From Blepharisma stoltei ATCC 30299 (taxonomy: Eukaryota; Protista; Ciliophora), in assembly GCA_965603825.1 (NCBI GenBank), contig CBFDEM010000022.1, positions 124,001-188,000 of the forward strand: a stretch of 64,000 nucleotides of DNA, given 5' to 3'. How positions within the stretch are numbered: position 1 is the first letter of the stretch; the number at the start of each line of letters is the position of its first letter. Below the pieces are notes generated by a model, which saw only the letters and a program-made list of their open reading frames with translations, was not told where the DNA came from and searched no databases. Position numbers and translations under genes: made by a program. Positions 46,652-59,467 of the stretch are shown here, one piece after another.

Positions 46652-47362
46652 TTAAATTAAGCATTTAGCGCTATTAGTGTCAATTGTATCAATATCTAAG
46701 CGCCATGCCGGACCTTGAGTCGATTTAATGAAAGCTTTTTTCAATAGTTTTCCTCTTACAGCTGCAGGTCTCAAACTATTTACAGCTGCTATAAAAGCTC
46801 TAAGATTTACTTTTAGCTCCTCTTCTGTAAAGCTTGACCTTCCTATAGTTGTGTGGATGATTCCTTCTTTCTGGCATCTAAACTGCAAGCTTCCCATTTT
46901 CATAACTTTAATAGTTTCCTCCAGTTTGTCCACAGGAACTACATTCCCAGACTTTAAAGTAGGCATCAGGCCTCTTGGACCCAAAATTTTTCCGAATGGC
47001 TTTAGCACATCCATCATTTCTTGTGTTGCTATTGTTTTATCGAATTCAATTTTCCCTTCCTTAATATCTTTTAATAAAGAATCTCCAACAAATTCAGCTC
47101 CTGCATCTGCAGCTAGCTTATAATTGACTGCTGATGTAAACACTGCTATTTTTATTTTTTTGCCAAGCCCTGAAGGCATTGCACAGGTGCCTCTTACAGT
47201 CTGGTCTGTTTTTTTGGCATCAATATTGAGAGTTAAAGCAATATCAACTGATTCATCATATGGGGAAATTGCGTATGCTTTTGTCAATGCGAATGCTTCG
47301 TTAGGAAGATATGCTATTTTCGAAGCTCTTGCAAAATGCCTTGCGATTATCGATATTGCCAT
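46652..47362 (-). CDS. Bacterial-type ribosomal protein uL1, probably mitochondrial
   Basis: DESVDIAL, VRGTCAMPSGLGK, AGAEFVG, GKILGPRGLMP, STQGP; short presequence-like N-terminus. Confidence 0.9.
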   Translation of the reverse strand: MAISIIARHFARASKIAYLPNEAFALTKAYAISPYDESVDIALTLNIDAKKTDQTVRGTCAMPSGLGKKIKIAVFTSAVNYKLAADAGAEFVGDSLLKDIKEGKIEFDKTIATQEMMDVLKPFGKILGPRGLMPTLKSGNVVPVDKLEETIKVMKMGSLQFRCQKEGIIHTTIGRSSFTEEELKVNLRAFIAAVNSLRPAAVRGKLLKKAFIKSTQGPAWRLDIDTIDTNSAKCLI

Positions 47363-47375
47363 TTAGAAATTTATA

Positions 47376-49652
47376 CTAATTATGCCTATAATAAGAAAGA
47401 GACTCCAACCACGTTTGCTTTTCAGGGAGCTGGCCGTCTAAAGGTGGCAATGTTTCTATTTGATTTATGATTTTTTGGACTGTAGATTTGGTTAGTTTTT
47501 GTGAAGCAAGCAGAGGTCTTGGGTTCATCACTTTTAAAACTGCATATAAGTCTTTGGGGTTTTTGATAACTTTTAATACAGCTTCTTCAAATTCGCCTTT
47601 GGCAAGGAGAACGTTGACTTCTTCTTGGATCCTTACTGTCTTCTTTTCTCCGCCCAAAGCAATTACTCTTTGATTCATCGTTTCTTCACACTCTTTTAGC
47701 TGATTCATATGCTTGTTGCAGCTTTCTGTAAAAATCTTAATAATGTCGTCAAAAAGTGTGAGCTTGCCTTCGTATTCTCTATTAATTATTTCTAATTCGT
47801 GTAATAAATTTGAGTCTTTTTCATTGAAATCTTTTATTCCAGCATCGAAATTTTGGGTGACTTGAAGCAAAATTTCATTGACTGAGCTTTGGAAAGCTGG
47901 GGTTACTGTTGAGTCTGAAGCTTCTTTGGTTTTAGTTTTTACAACTTTTGTGGTGTTTTTGAGGTTTTCTTCGAAAATGCTGTTGCTTCAGTCTTGAATA
48001 GGAGTTTTTACCCAAAGCAGTTTGCTTAAATTGTTTATTTTGTCTGAAACTTTATTCATTTTCAGCTGGACAATGTCACACATTTTGTCAATCATTGAGT
48101 TTTCGTCTGGTTCTTTTTCAATTGGCTGTTCTGGCTGAGGGACTATTATAGCTTTTGATTCCTCTTCTTCTCCTAATAATGAATAGACAGAAATGCCCGT
48201 TCTATTTATTACTGAAAACCGATTTGAGCCTGATAAAGCAGCTATTGCTATATTTGAGCTAAGTTTATAGTCAATGATAGACGAGAACATCAAGCAGTCA
48301 TTGATTTCTGAAATATTTACAAGACTTATGAACGGATCATTAATTCCTGCTATTAAAATCGATTTCCCTATCACAGATATTTTTTTGTGTGTCATTGATT
48401 GTATTGCCAAAGTATGCAATTTCGTCTGATTCTCAATGCTGAATATACAAAATTCATTTTGTGATCTGCCTGATGTTAACAAATAAGTATTAGTCAAAAA
48501 ATTAACGGTGATATTAGGAGAATACATCATTGTGTTATAAGTGTGAGGATTTGTATTGAAAATAGTGTTTTCGTCACTTATAGTGACAACCAGGACTTTT
48601 CCTTGGCCTAAAGCTACAGCTAATAAATCTGGATTATTAGGAGCTAGAGCAATACTGAGAATTTTAGCTCCAAAAGAAAGGACTTTAAACCAATCAGGAG
48701 CATTAAGGGAAAATGAATTTTTCCAAATCATGACTGTAACTTCAGACGCAGAGTGACTTGCAAACATATTTTGCTCAGTAGGATGCCACACAATTCCTTC
48801 TACTGTCCCATCCACAACATTATAAGAAAATAATATTGTGAAGTTAGCGAGGTCTACAATTATAATCTCTTTTTTCTCAACAGCGTATATTAAAATATTG
48901 GAATCTTGTCTTATATCAATAGTTGTAATATTTTTAATACTCTGAGTATAAGATGCTTTTAGACTTGGCAGCTCAAATTTGTATAATATGCTTTCTTTAT
49001 AATAGCAAAGTGTTGATAAATTGCTGGCAATTTGGATTTGTTCACCTTTATAGGGATGTGGAAGTGAATTTAAAGGCTCAAAAATACTGACATCTGTAGA
49101 TGGCTTGTATGATAAAATAGTTTGGCTCGTATCTAAATGATAGAAGCTTGACTGAAGTCCTTGAGGTTCAGGGAGTGGAGCAATTCTTTTAACATTAGAT
49201 TTATCTGCGGAGAGTTCAAGAGTTTTAGAGTCTTTAAGGGCAAGAGCTAAGGTAGACACTGACGTTGTCATATTTTTAATATTTTTGTGACTCAAAAAAT
49301 AAAGCAATGACACAAACCCTTGTGGATTTTTGTTGATCATAGATAAAAGTTTCCCATTATTCTTCAAATTATTATCAATGAAATAAGACTCCAGCACTTT
49401 TTGTAAATTTTTTAAATGAGCTTCTAAAACTTGGCAGGAAGTTTGGCTAAACTGCTCAAGAGAAATATTTTCACTTTTGAGTCCATTGACAATTTGCACT
49501 GAAATTTCACCTGGAACTTCCATTTCTCTACAGACCTCTTTGGCTAGATTTTGTATGTCGTTTTCACTTAAGAATGGTATAGAGTATAAGCCTCTTGAGT
49601 AGCATTTCAGTATAATTTCTTTTAAATCTCTTCCCATTCCTTGGATTTCCAT
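47376..49652 (-). CDS. La-motif + WD40 + EDC4/Ge-1-like helical protein (758 aa)
   Basis: Two same-frame ORFs joined over TGA at 47988-47990; La-motif-like segment, WD40-like repeats (IVWHP, IALAP), EDC4-like PAFQSSVNEILLQV. Confidence 0.7.
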
Positions 49653-49891
49653 TTAATAATTAATTTGATATTTTAAGAGTCATTATATTTAGATTATTAT
49701 GTTTTTTTAAAGCAAATGCAATAATTAGAGAGAGCTGAATAAGCTAGAGAAGTATTAGTGCAAGCTATAATAAATTGGAAAAGAGAAATACCAATGAAAA
49801 GAACTCATTTTCCTAATATTAAATTAAATTGCTAAAGAATTTGATACTTTAAATAGATCACGAATTATAATAATTAATAAATCAGTAAAAA

Positions 49892-51328
49892 TTAGCATAA
49901 CTTTGAGTACTCTGATACAATATAATTATCCCAATAAGCCGGTGGAATATTTTCAGCTTTACATTTCTTGAAAAGCTGCGAAATACTGACAGTATTCACA
50001 GGGTGATTTGTCGGAAATTCCATTTTTTTCGATAGAGCCACTGTGAAAAAATATTTTTCTAGCTCTTCATTTGAGTATTCTTCTAAGGTATGAGAATTAT
50101 TTTCTGAGAAGCTTGGATTAGCGTCTTGATTATTAGAGATATATGAATCTCCACTTGGTCTTTCAAAATGTGAGCCAACTCCGCTTGAAACTTTACTTAG
50201 GCCAGTCGGACGTGCTATGTGGTGGAGCATATCAGGCTTGAATTTTCATTTAGCAAGATCCTTATTACTTTCTGGAGAATTATCTTCAATTGATGCAAGT
50301 GTGGACTTTTTAAATTTTTCGTTACGCTTAATTCGGATTCTGCTTTCCATCAGATGGATAAGCCTTTTTGCAAACACAATACACGAAGCACCTATCTTAG
50401 GGATATTATCCAGATTTGAAATTGATGAGAGCTGTTCTAAAATCTTCACAGGTTTCTATATACAATATACCATTGATTGTGTCAATATTGCATTTCCTAA
50501 ATCTTGCAAATGTTTTAGCACTGTAAGCCGCTCTCCAGAAGCTTCAATAACTCTTGAAAATATTGCATTTACTATTTTCCTAACCCTTGCATCTATATAA
50601 ATACATTCATTTTCCTCCACCTTTGGAACAGTACATACATGTGAATGCTTATTAACTTCATTTATCGGAATACACTCATAACAATTAACACACAATAAAT
50701 CAACTTCTGTAACAAATGATTGATAATAATCTTCATTCCGGGAATTAGGAATTATATTTATATCGCTATTTCTCCTTCCTTTCCACCTATCTATATTGCT
50801 ATAATTTAAAATGCTACCATTTTTCTGATCTTTATCAAAAGATGGCATAATACTAGTCGTAAACTGTTTATAAATATTTAAAGCGTCCTTTCTGTGGTGT
50901 AAAATAGACTCTGCTGATATAAGAACCCCAGTTTCTTTGAGCGTGCTTGCGTTAAGAAAACTTTCCAGCTGGTAAATTTGTGAATAAGATGAGGATATGT
51001 TTTTCTGACGCTCCAATAAATCATTTCAGTCTTCAGTTTGGACGGATAATTCATTTTTGCTAATAACTTCATGGTCGGGAAGCTCATTTGAAGGATTTGT
51101 TGTCGCAGATTTTGAATTTGTGTTAAAAGATCTATCGTCTGCTCTTCCAGGGGCATAAGAATTCTTTGGAGAATTTTTTCTGATCCTTTTTTCATATAGA
51201 TCGACAAGATTTGATACTGATCCTCGAGGTAAATCTGGACACACTGATGCAGATGGCAGACCATAGCTTGTACGAGTTTTGGGGTTTTTATTGAAAGTAT
51301 CCTTTGGAGTTTTCGAGTCAATTTCCAT
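49892..51328 (-). CDS. Hypothetical protein with CxxC..H..C zinc-finger-like motif; two exons
   Basis: Four same-frame ORFs joined by two TGA=Trp and the intron at 50456-50470; LCVNCYECIPINEVNKHSHVC. Confidence 0.7.
50456..50470 (-). other. 15-nt spliceosomal intron
   Basis: Sense gtatattgtatatag; removes an in-frame TAG. Confidence 0.85.
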
Positions 51329-51419
51329 TTTCAGGCGTTTAAATTACTTTAAAATTATCTTATAAGCTCTTTCTTATTTCAGAATAATTTAATAATAGGA
51401 AAATATGCATCAACAAAAA

Positions 51420-53525
51420 TTATCTTACTATAAGCCCTTTCATGGACCGAAGTTGTGACATGATACTTTTTTGGTCTTCTTCATCAATATTGAACTCTTT
51501 TAATGTGCTTTCATATATATCAACGTAAAACCAGAATTCTTTTTCTGTTATTCCTCTTCCTTGATGGTTTTTTCTAACAGCTCTTCGAAACTCTAGGCTT
51601 ATTCTTCCGTTGAAAATTTTGAACATCCCAGAGACGATCATTTCAAAATCTCCCATTCTTGTATTTTTGAAATACCTATTTAATGTATCATTAGAAAGGA
51701 TTTTATTGTATAATGACACTATAAGCTGGTTTCAAAATGTGACTCCACCGTACTTCTCGACTAAATTTTGCTTTTTTATTTTAGATATTTGCATGTTCAT
51801 AGCCATTTCATCGAAGTTGTCAATTGCGTCACGAAGAGCCCTTTGTGCACAGGCTATGCTTTTTTCGTCAAGTCCTGATAGAATCATACTTTTGGTAGGT
51901 TTTCTTGTATAACTATTGAAGACTGGGCATTGTGGACTTATCATAGAATCACTACGAGGGTTGCGTTTTTGATAATATTTGATTGAGTCTTGCTTAAAAT
52001 CTTTTAGGCAAGCTGGAGGTTTCTGAGTGTTTATTTGGCCAAGTCTTTCGTTGACCTTTGAAACCCTCTCCACAAAATCGTTATCATCACTTGGATGCTG
52101 CTTTTCTTTCTTGCTTTGTTGCTGTGGTTTGAATTTAAAAGGCAAAGGGGTATTAATTGGCTTATCTTCTTCAATATTTGCCTTTTTAGTCTCTTGCCGA
52201 GAAATTCTGTGCTCAGTTTCAACATCAGTGAATCTTGAAGTTGAGCCTACAGAATGAGACCTTCTTGAAAAGTCAAGCTTTTTTTGAGGTCGTATCGCTT
52301 TCTCAATACCCAGCGAAAATTTAAAATCAATGAGCTGCTCTCTGCAGCCTAAAAACACTCAGCCATTTTTTTTGCTTTGAATAAAGTCACAAACAATTCC
52401 TTTTAAAGTCTGGTGCGGAAAAATATCAGTTGTAAGAAAAGTAATAATTTGGTTTATCATAGCATCCACTTCAGGGATTTTCATAAATGTTTCAACTGCA
52501 TAGCAGCTTTCTGAGTCATTTGTGTTTATTATCAGATCTTTGTTAGACTCTTCTTGAAAGATATGCACCCTTGTAATACTTTCTGGGTTTCGGTTAGAAT
52601 CAGTGTCTTTTTCATCTTTAGGAATTTCAGAAAAAGATTGGGACAGTGAAAATCCTTTCGGCTCAGCGTCACATTCATGCTTTGGGATGCTTAAGAAAGA
52701 TTTTGATAATCTGGGGAGTTTTGAACAACTTCCTGACTTCTTTTTGAGCTTGAAAGGATTATTAATTGACTGGGTAGTTGGGAGAAGCATATTTGTGTAC
52801 TTAAAATCCGATAAATTGCTGAATGACTTATTTCTGTTATTTATTCCTTTTTTATATCTTGTTCGATTTTGTACTCAACTGTTGCTATATTTGTTTTTAT
52901 TAACAATTGAAAAATAACGATTTTTTAAATCTTTTTTCCATAATACTCTTATTATTGATACAGGATTCGACCTGCACTGAATATACCTTTGCATAATAGC
53001 TTGTCCATCAAAAGAATTCCAAATCTCTTCTGCACTCTCCCCTGAAAATGCTAAAATTGTATCTTTGTTGTGGACCCGATAAACAAATGATGGGTACTCT
53101 CCATCTTCTTTATTTTTTATGCAATTAAAAAATTCGCTCTTATTTATCAGTGGTTTTGACTGTACTGAGCCATCTGGAAGGGTTTGGACTAAATATGAGC
53201 TAGATGACTCATCATTTCTAATAAGAGTCAAAGGAATATTTATATTTATTTTTTGTCCTGAATTCATCTTTGCCAGCAAAGAAAAAATATTAAATCGGAT
53301 AATTTGAGACTGCTTGGGTAAAAGACTGTTTATTTTGGTCACATAATTATTTTGTGTAAAATCTGAGACAGAAATATTATGCTTACCGACACCTCGAAGG
53401 TAACCTTTTTTGTATGAGTCGTGGATTAAGGATAATAAATCCTCTCTGAAGTTTGTGATCTCATCTCTTTCCATAGCATTTTTGTGGTAATCCTTTAAGT
53501 CCTCTAATATACCTGAAACTTGCAT
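51420..53525 (-). CDS. ATP-grasp-like + truncated globin fusion, paralog 1 (701 aa)
   Basis: Four same-frame ORFs separated by TGA; C-terminal LVEKYGG..F[W]..SLYNKIL..YF..RKNHQGRGITEKEF. Confidence 0.85.
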
Positions 53526-54127
53526 TTTATTTTATTTTTTATAAGATTTTTAAGGTTTTTTTAATTGAGTTAGTGTTCAGTAGTCCAGCAAATTAAGATA
53601 AGTTGAATTATTAATTAAGAATTTTTGCGAATCCTTAATAAATAGGAGTGATAATCAATATGAAGTTATATTGTTTTAAATTATTGGTGAATAAGCTTAT
53701 TTGTAACCTAGAATAACTTTAAATTAAGCAAAAAAAGATTTAGAATAGTTAAAGATTTCGCATAGTTTATATGTGAAATATATATTCATAATATTTGATC
53801 TTTGCATTTCCTAATTAAAGTATAATAAAGTTTAAAACTAAAAGATTAAGCGATGGATTTGACATATTAATATACTAAAATGAAAATTTTTATCGATGCA
53901 ATATATAAATCTGCGCCTGCTTATTGGATAATAAAGTCTAACTAGAAGATCAAAAATATTATATTCCCCTCGCTTTATTATAAGTTATTCTTATTAAATC
54001 AAATTCAATTGCTAAAAATGCTTGTATTATTGCTTCAAATATTTTAAGAATGCTTTAAGGGCCAATTACTCCACATATATCATATAAATGCATGATTATT
54101 TCAAATGAAATATAAATATATCTTAAG

Positions 54128-54406
54128 ATGATTGGTGTAATGAAATCACAATCAATTGATCAGTCATTAAGCAAGCTACAGAAAAGCGGCGAAAGTGAAA
54201 GTCCAAGGCTGCAACATCCCCAGCTAAAACGAACAAACACAGACCAAAATATTGACACTTCATTTAATAATCATCAAGCTGAACAAATTCGAATTCTGCC
54301 TCCTGCATATCAGTATTCAAATTATGCCACTACAAATTGAGAAGAGGAGGATGATATTGATCCTTATGAAGAAATTAATAAATCATGACAATGCTCTCTA
54401 TTATAA
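54128..54406 (+). CDS. Putative 92-aa protein ending in a CaaX motif (CSLL)
   Basis: ORF 54128-54340 continues over two TGA as N[W]EEEDDIDPYEEINKS[W]QCSLL*. Confidence 0.6.
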
Positions 54407-54560
54407 TGCAGCAATTAAATATAACCCTTTTCTATTTTAATTTCAATCTAATATTGCAGCATTACTATGCAATTTTGAATATGAGAGAAATAGTGCAGTT
54501 TTATCATTAATCTAATGAAATAAAATATATTTTTAAATAAATAGCTAAAAATTTGATACA

Positions 54561-56651
54561 TTATCTGCATATTAAGCACTTCATTGATTTAATCTGCTTC
54601 ATTATCAGATACCTATCGTCTTCATCTACTTCAAACTCCATCAGCGTCTTCTCAAAGAGCTCAGAATATGAGTTATACTGTATTTCATTTATTCCTCTAT
54701 TAAGATGTGACCCCCTAACTTTTCTTCTAAACTCCAAGCTCACATTGCAATTGAAAATCTTAAACATCCCTGTGACGATCATTTCAAAATTGTCTAGTTT
54801 ACAGCCTTTAAAATGAGTCTACAAAACTTCACTTGCTAAAACTTTGTTGTAAAATGACAAAATAAAGCTATTCCAAAACTCATCCCCTCCATATTTCTCT
54901 ACTAAATTTTGTTTCCTCATCTTCGCTATTTGTGTGTTAAGCGTCATCTCGTCAAAATTGTCAACAATATCTGAATAATGCTTTTTTGTCATATAGTGGC
55001 ATTTGTCATCCCATAAAGATTCTTTTATATTAGTTTGGGTTCTTTTTTTATAAAGGGGAGAAATCGGACTTGAATTTTGTGTATCGCTGAGCTGAGAAAA
55101 CGAAGTATTAATAGGGAATGGATGTGGGCTTTCACTTTGCATTAAATTTGAGGTAGCTGCTCTTATCATTTTTTTATTTATAATTTGGTCCACTTTTTCA
55201 TTAACTTCAGCACATCTTTTTACCAATTCTTTTTCATTATTTATATGAGGCTTCTCATTTATAATCATTTTTGGTTTTATTTTGAATTTTGGGAGTGTTT
55301 TTTCTTCTTTTTTCTCTTCTTCAAATAAAATCTCTTTAGGAGACGAGTCTTCTATTTTGATTTCTTCATCTTCCTCAAACGAGGTATTTTTTTTGCGCAT
55401 TACAAGTGATCTACTTCTTTTGGACTTATGTAGGCTTGGGATATTGATTTTTTTCTTCTCAATTCCTGTGTTAGTGTCTGCTAAATATTCTTTGCAGTCA
55501 AGCAGAAATCAGTTATTATTTCTGTCTTGAAGAAAATCAAGGACGATAGCTTGAAGAGTATTTTTAAATACTTCGGTGTTTAAAAACTGTACAACTTGAT
55601 TAACCATGTTTTCAATTTCTGGGATTTTTACGAGTGTTTCGATAGCATAACAGCTATCTGAGTCTTTGGTGGTGACTATGAACTCTTTATAACTTCCTTC
55701 TCCTATAATTCTTGAAAGCTCTTCAGTTAAGTTTCGTCTCTGATACAAGCTGTCGTCATCTTTTACTGTCATTAGTGGAGACACATTTCCACTAGGGCAG
55801 CTTCTTAGCTCTTGTTTTGGGAGCTCTGAAAATGAATTATTTCCAGAAGTCTTCCGCTTTAAAGGAGTTCTGCATTTCCTAATCTTATATGGATTATTTA
55901 ATGACTGAGTAGTAGGCAGCATCATATTTCTATATTGGAAATCTGAAATATTTATTGTTGAGCTTGATTTCTTATGGGTTGGTTTTTTTGCTTTCACTGA
56001 GCTAATTTGAGATTTAATTTCTTGTTTTGTTCTATTGACAATATTATAATACTTGTTCTTAGAGCCTTGTTTTCACAAAACTCTCGTAATACACACAGTA
56101 TTGGATCGACCTAAAATATACTGCTGCATGAAGGCATTGTCTTCTGAGTTATTTCATAGCTTTTCTGCGCTTTCAATGGTAAAAACAGCAATTGTGTCCT
56201 GCCCAGGAACTTTATAGCAAAATAATGGACAGTTGGAGTCGTTTTTCTTCTGTGTTAGATATAAAAAATCTTCACTTGTACAGGCCTTTGATTGTATACT
56301 TCCTTCTTTTTTGGTATGAATTATATATGGAACTTCTTCGACCTTTATTAGAGTTGTAGGAACATTAACATTAATTTTCAGTTTACTAGAAAATTTCGCA
56401 AATAAGGAAAACAGCTTTAACCTTGGGCTGAACTCGGATTTTGGAAGCAAGTTGTTGATCTTTGAAATATAGCAATTTGAATTGCTATCAGGACAAAGCC
56501 GATTACCAAGATAAGCACCTCTTAGTCCTACTTTCTTGGAAAAATCGTGGATAAAGGTGATTATGTCTTCCCTTATATGAGTAATTTCATCTCTTTCAAT
56601 TGTACTTTGGTGGTAGTCTTTAAGGTGCTGCAGGATTATTGGTACTTCCAT
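54561..56651 (-). CDS. ATP-grasp-like + truncated globin fusion, paralog 2; in-frame TAG at 54819-54821 (truncated or pseudogene)
   Basis: Colinear with the paralogs; three TGA=Trp; one TAG inside the globin domain. Confidence 0.75.
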
Positions 56652-56900
56652 TATTTTACTTTACTTTATAAGTCTAATAAATGCAAAGAGCCAGTAAATC
56701 TGTGTTTTAAAGATATGTAAAGGGTTCTATTGGCTTAATTTAATTTATCCTTAATACTTATCTAAAATTTCAAGCAAGAGGCCAATTAAATCTCTCCATC
56801 ATTTAATTTAAAATTTGACAATATTTTCCTCAAATAATATCTTTCCGAATCAAAATTTAAAAATAAAATTATTAAATAAAATAGCAATCGTTTACAAAAT

Positions 56901-58901
56901 TTATTTGCATATCAAACATTTCATAGATCTAATTTGCGTCATAATTATTTGACGGTCTTCTTCCTCAATCTCAAATTCTTTCAAAGTGCTATAAAAAGTA
57001 TTCGCATAGCAGTCAAAATCCTTTTCTGGGATTTTAAGATTTTGATGGACAGATCTTACAGATCTTCTGAATTCTAATGTAGTATTTCCATTAAAAACTT
57101 TAAACATGCCTTGTATGATCATGTTCATGCTTGTGCACATAAAATACTTGCTCAGTGAGCTGTTTCCGATCAGCTTTTTATAAAGCGATATTATAAATTT
57201 ATTTCAAAATTCATCCCCTCCATATCTTTGTATAAGTTCTTTCTTTTTGACTTTCATCAGATCGCATTGTATTTTCATTTCATCAAGAGAATCGCTGGTC
57301 TCCGCCAAATGTCTTTTAGCATGATCATTGACTTTATTTACAACCAAAGCGTTTTTAGGATTTCTGCCACTTTTTTGATTAAATACTGGGCATAGTGTCT
57401 GTAAAGACTCATGATAGTTGGAAGCTTTAGCAGTTTGATCAAAAGTAGCATAAGCATTAAGGTTATATCTCATTTGATATGCTTTTATGCTTTCCTCTTT
57501 GAAATCAACACTTTTTAGCTGTTTTACTGGCTTAAGATTCACTAAATAGTCAATTTTTTGGTTCACTTTGGTGCATCTCTCCAGCAAATCTTTATCGCTT
57601 GCAATCATCATTGTGCGGTTCTGTTTTGGGTTGCACTTAATTTTAAAAGGCAAATTAACCTCAATGCTTGGTGTTATACATCTCATTGACTCTAATGGAC
57701 GGTCAATACTTTCATTAGAGTCTTCTTTCATTATTTCTTGGCTGTTTTCAGAGTATGATCTTATTCTGCTAGGAGTAACAGTTTTTGATTGCCTGATCCT
57801 TGGATTGCAGTATTCTATTGGAGAGCTATTACTTGTTGTATATTCTTTGCAAGATAGGAAAACCCATTTTCTATCTTTACTCTGAATAAAATCTAAGATC
57901 AAGCCTTTTAGTTTTTCCTCTTTGCAAAAATAATGATTCAAAAATGATACAATTTGATCGACCATGTCATCAATTTCTTGAATTTTTGGCTTATTTTCGA
58001 TTACAAAAAAATCTTCGCTTGTATTTGTATTTACAAAGTAAGTTTTGACAGATTTTTCACTTTGAATAAAAGTTTCAGATCTTGTCCCCATTAAATTCCC
58101 AGTTATTTTAGTGCTAAAAGAAAGGCTGCTTTTCTTGATTGGCTTTTGTACAGCTTTAATGCGGTATGGGTTGTTAAGAGACTTCGTAGTTTTCAGCATC
58201 ATATCGGTGTACCTGAAGTTAGAAAGGTAAAATGAATTACTTTTGTCAGGGCTTTGGCTTAATGTCTGAGTATTTCTCTTTTTGCTTCTTTTAACTAGAG
58301 ATTGCTTTAACCTACTTATGATCGAAAAATATTTATTTTTTCTCCCAAATTTCCAAAGAACCCTTGTTATAGATGCTGGGTTGGAATGAGGGCATATAAA
58401 GTTTTGCATCATTGTTGCTTCATTATGAGAAAATCTTCAAATTTTTTCAGCAGTTTCTGCTGAATATATGAATTCTGTTTCTTTTTGAAATACTTTACAG
58501 CAGAAAATTGGAATATTCTCGTCAATTTTATTTTGGCTGAGGGCGAAAAATTCAGAATCTAGGCATGGTTTTGAGCAAACTTGACCATTTTTCTTAGTCC
58601 ATAGCATATGATTAAGCTGGGTTTTTCCATCCCTAATCATACTTTCAGGGATGAGAATATTTAAACCGCTAATATTTGAGTAGACTGTTAGTAAACTATA
58701 AAAATCAAGCTGACTGCCGTTAAAAAGTTTCGGTAATGAGTTGGCAAAAGAAGAACTTTTAGATGCTTGGACTGAGTCTCTGAATAAGGATTTAATGGGG
58801 CTAACGCTTGAAGTACTTTCTGAACACAGAGAAATTTGGTCCTCATTCTCGAATTTTTCAATTCTTTCTTTGGCTCTATGAATAGAAACGACTGGCTCCA
58901 T
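56901..58901 (-). CDS. ATP-grasp-like + truncated globin fusion, paralog 3 (666 aa)
   Basis: Three same-frame ORFs separated by TGA; MQNFI..ITRVLW, GLILDFIQSKDRKWVFLSC, RYGGDEF[W], RSVHQNLKI. Confidence 0.85.
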
Positions 58902-59467
58902 TGTTTACAAAATCTTGTTAAATATAAGGTAATTGATTTCCATTTTAAGGTTAAATAATCCCCTTTAAAAGCAAGAAATCTAAGTTTATACTCTCAAATA
59001 ATAATAAGATTCATAAAAATATTTATAATTTCACCATTACTGCAATATGGAAATGTGTGGAATTTTCTAATAAATGGATTTTCAATAAAAATGTTCAGCA
59101 AATATCCTTATTGTTTGCAAAAATTCTTATTCCTTGAAATGTAGAAATAAAAATATTTTTGAGTCATATTAAACTTAAAAAATCTTTGTTATTTTTCTAT
59201 AAATTTGTATAGGTATTTTTGGTGCTGTTAAAGATGATATGAAGATGATTCATATCAGTTGTACAGCAAAAATAATTAAAAAATGGATTTCTGATTGAAA
59301 ATTGAAAGATTTCAGATTTTTATATCATTTCTTAGGTATGGTTATTGATCAAAAGTAAGGATTTTAACGTTATAAATGTTAAAAAGAGGGATGAATAGCG
59401 ATAAAGATAATAAAGACTTTTATTAAAAAGATTACTAATAATTTTAAATTTAATTAATATCCAATTT

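Noticed and set aside
11837-54821. TAG as glutamine
   Set aside because: TAG ends several intact genes (2683, 28971, 30936, 47376). In-frame TAGs appear only in introns, in pseudogenes and once in paralog 2.
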